Positions 31,747-32,000 of a stretch of DNA of 32,000 bases are shown here, piece after piece. Positions within the stretch are counted from its first letter, which is position 1; each line of letters begins with the position of its first letter. The stretch covers positions 1,200,001 through 1,232,000 of the forward strand of contig NC_010085.1 in NCBI RefSeq assembly GCF_000018465.1, given 5' to 3'. A model generated the notes under the pieces. It was not told the DNA's origin. It made no database searches and saw only the letters and a program-made list of their open reading frames with translations. The translations under genes were made by a program, and so were the position numbers. The DNA comes from Nitrosopumilus maritimus SCM1. Lineage in GTDB: Archaea > Thermoproteota > Nitrososphaeria > Nitrososphaerales > Nitrosopumilaceae.

Positions 31747-32000
31747 TTACTTCTCCGTTAATAATGGATACACTCCTTGGGTATCATGAGTTTCAGGACC
31801 CACAAGTGGAGGATTAAAGACGCATATCATCTTCATTTCTGAAAATGCGCGTAGTACATGCTTGTCATGTTTGTCTAATGCATAAATTGTTCCTGGATGA
31901 ATTTCATGTCTAGTCCCGTCTTCTTCTTCAATTTCGCCGACTCCTTCCAGACAAAACACAGCTTCGAGGTGATGCTTGTACCAAATCTTTGTTTCTGTTT
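31747..32000 (-). CDS. ectC: L-ectoine synthase, N-terminus cut by the window edge
   Basis: The reverse translation continues upstream of the track's Met as ..[28 protein letters not shown]..., a cupin-type EctC sequence. Its stop lies 1 nt before the ectD start. Confidence 0.9.
   Translation of the reverse strand, partial: TETKIWYKHHLEAVFCLEGVGEIEEEDGTRHEIHPGTIYALDKHDKHVLRAFSEMKMICVFNPPLVGPETHDTQGVYPLLTEK

Noticed and set aside
14320-32000. Search for attR, a direct repeat of the tRNA-Met 3' segment
   Set aside because: I scanned all C-rich runs downstream (for example 17340, 19340, 21400, 24598, 24890, 25150, 25720 and 28330). None resembles CTCGCCCCCGGCA, so no right boundary is claimed.

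Overview
This is a low-GC archaeal chromosome segment. It most likely comes from a Nitrosopumilus-type ammonia-oxidising thaumarchaeon. That inference rests on a eukaryote-type topoisomerase IB, two TFB paralogues, an ectC-ectD-mscS operon at the right edge, and a tRNA with a non-canonical intron. From 1 to 12.7 kb the window is mostly housekeeping: gdhA (absent from the ORF track, TTG start, runs off the left edge), proteasome alpha, a UbiE-like methyltransferase plus MFS transporter, a PII-like protein, TatA, an orphan beta-class DNA methyltransferase divergent from a Zn-ribbon/DExH/DUF1998-type helicase, an SDR, Topo IB, and a secreted triple-repeat protein. At 12.8 kb an intron-containing tRNA-Met(CAT) is followed directly by a tyrosine integrase. 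After the integrase comes a 1.04 kb ORF-free stretch, which is very unusual for such a gene-dense genome. It contains (i) an array of TATA-box-like AT-only motifs, (ii) an inverted-repeat-bounded 241-bp core packed with AGATCT-centred palindromes that show compensatory symmetric substitutions, and (iii) a GC-richer, hairpin-rich candidate ncRNA. I rate this stretch the most novel-looking signal in the window. From 15.3 to 22 kb the genes look accessory: a thrombospondin-type-3/Cys-His repeat protein flanked by a 16-bp direct repeat, a double-wHTH regulator plus small membrane protein, two secreted Ig-like proteins, a very basic small protein, and an orphan ParB/Srx-HTH protein. From 22 to 32 kb there is a dense stress cluster: two USPs, one full-length MscS translationally coupled to an unknown 247-aa protein, two paralogous truncated mini-MscS genes, wHTH and RAM-domain regulators, two divergent TFBs, and ectD/ectC. 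No attR copy of the tRNA 3' end could be found by eye, so the island's right boundary is unresolved.
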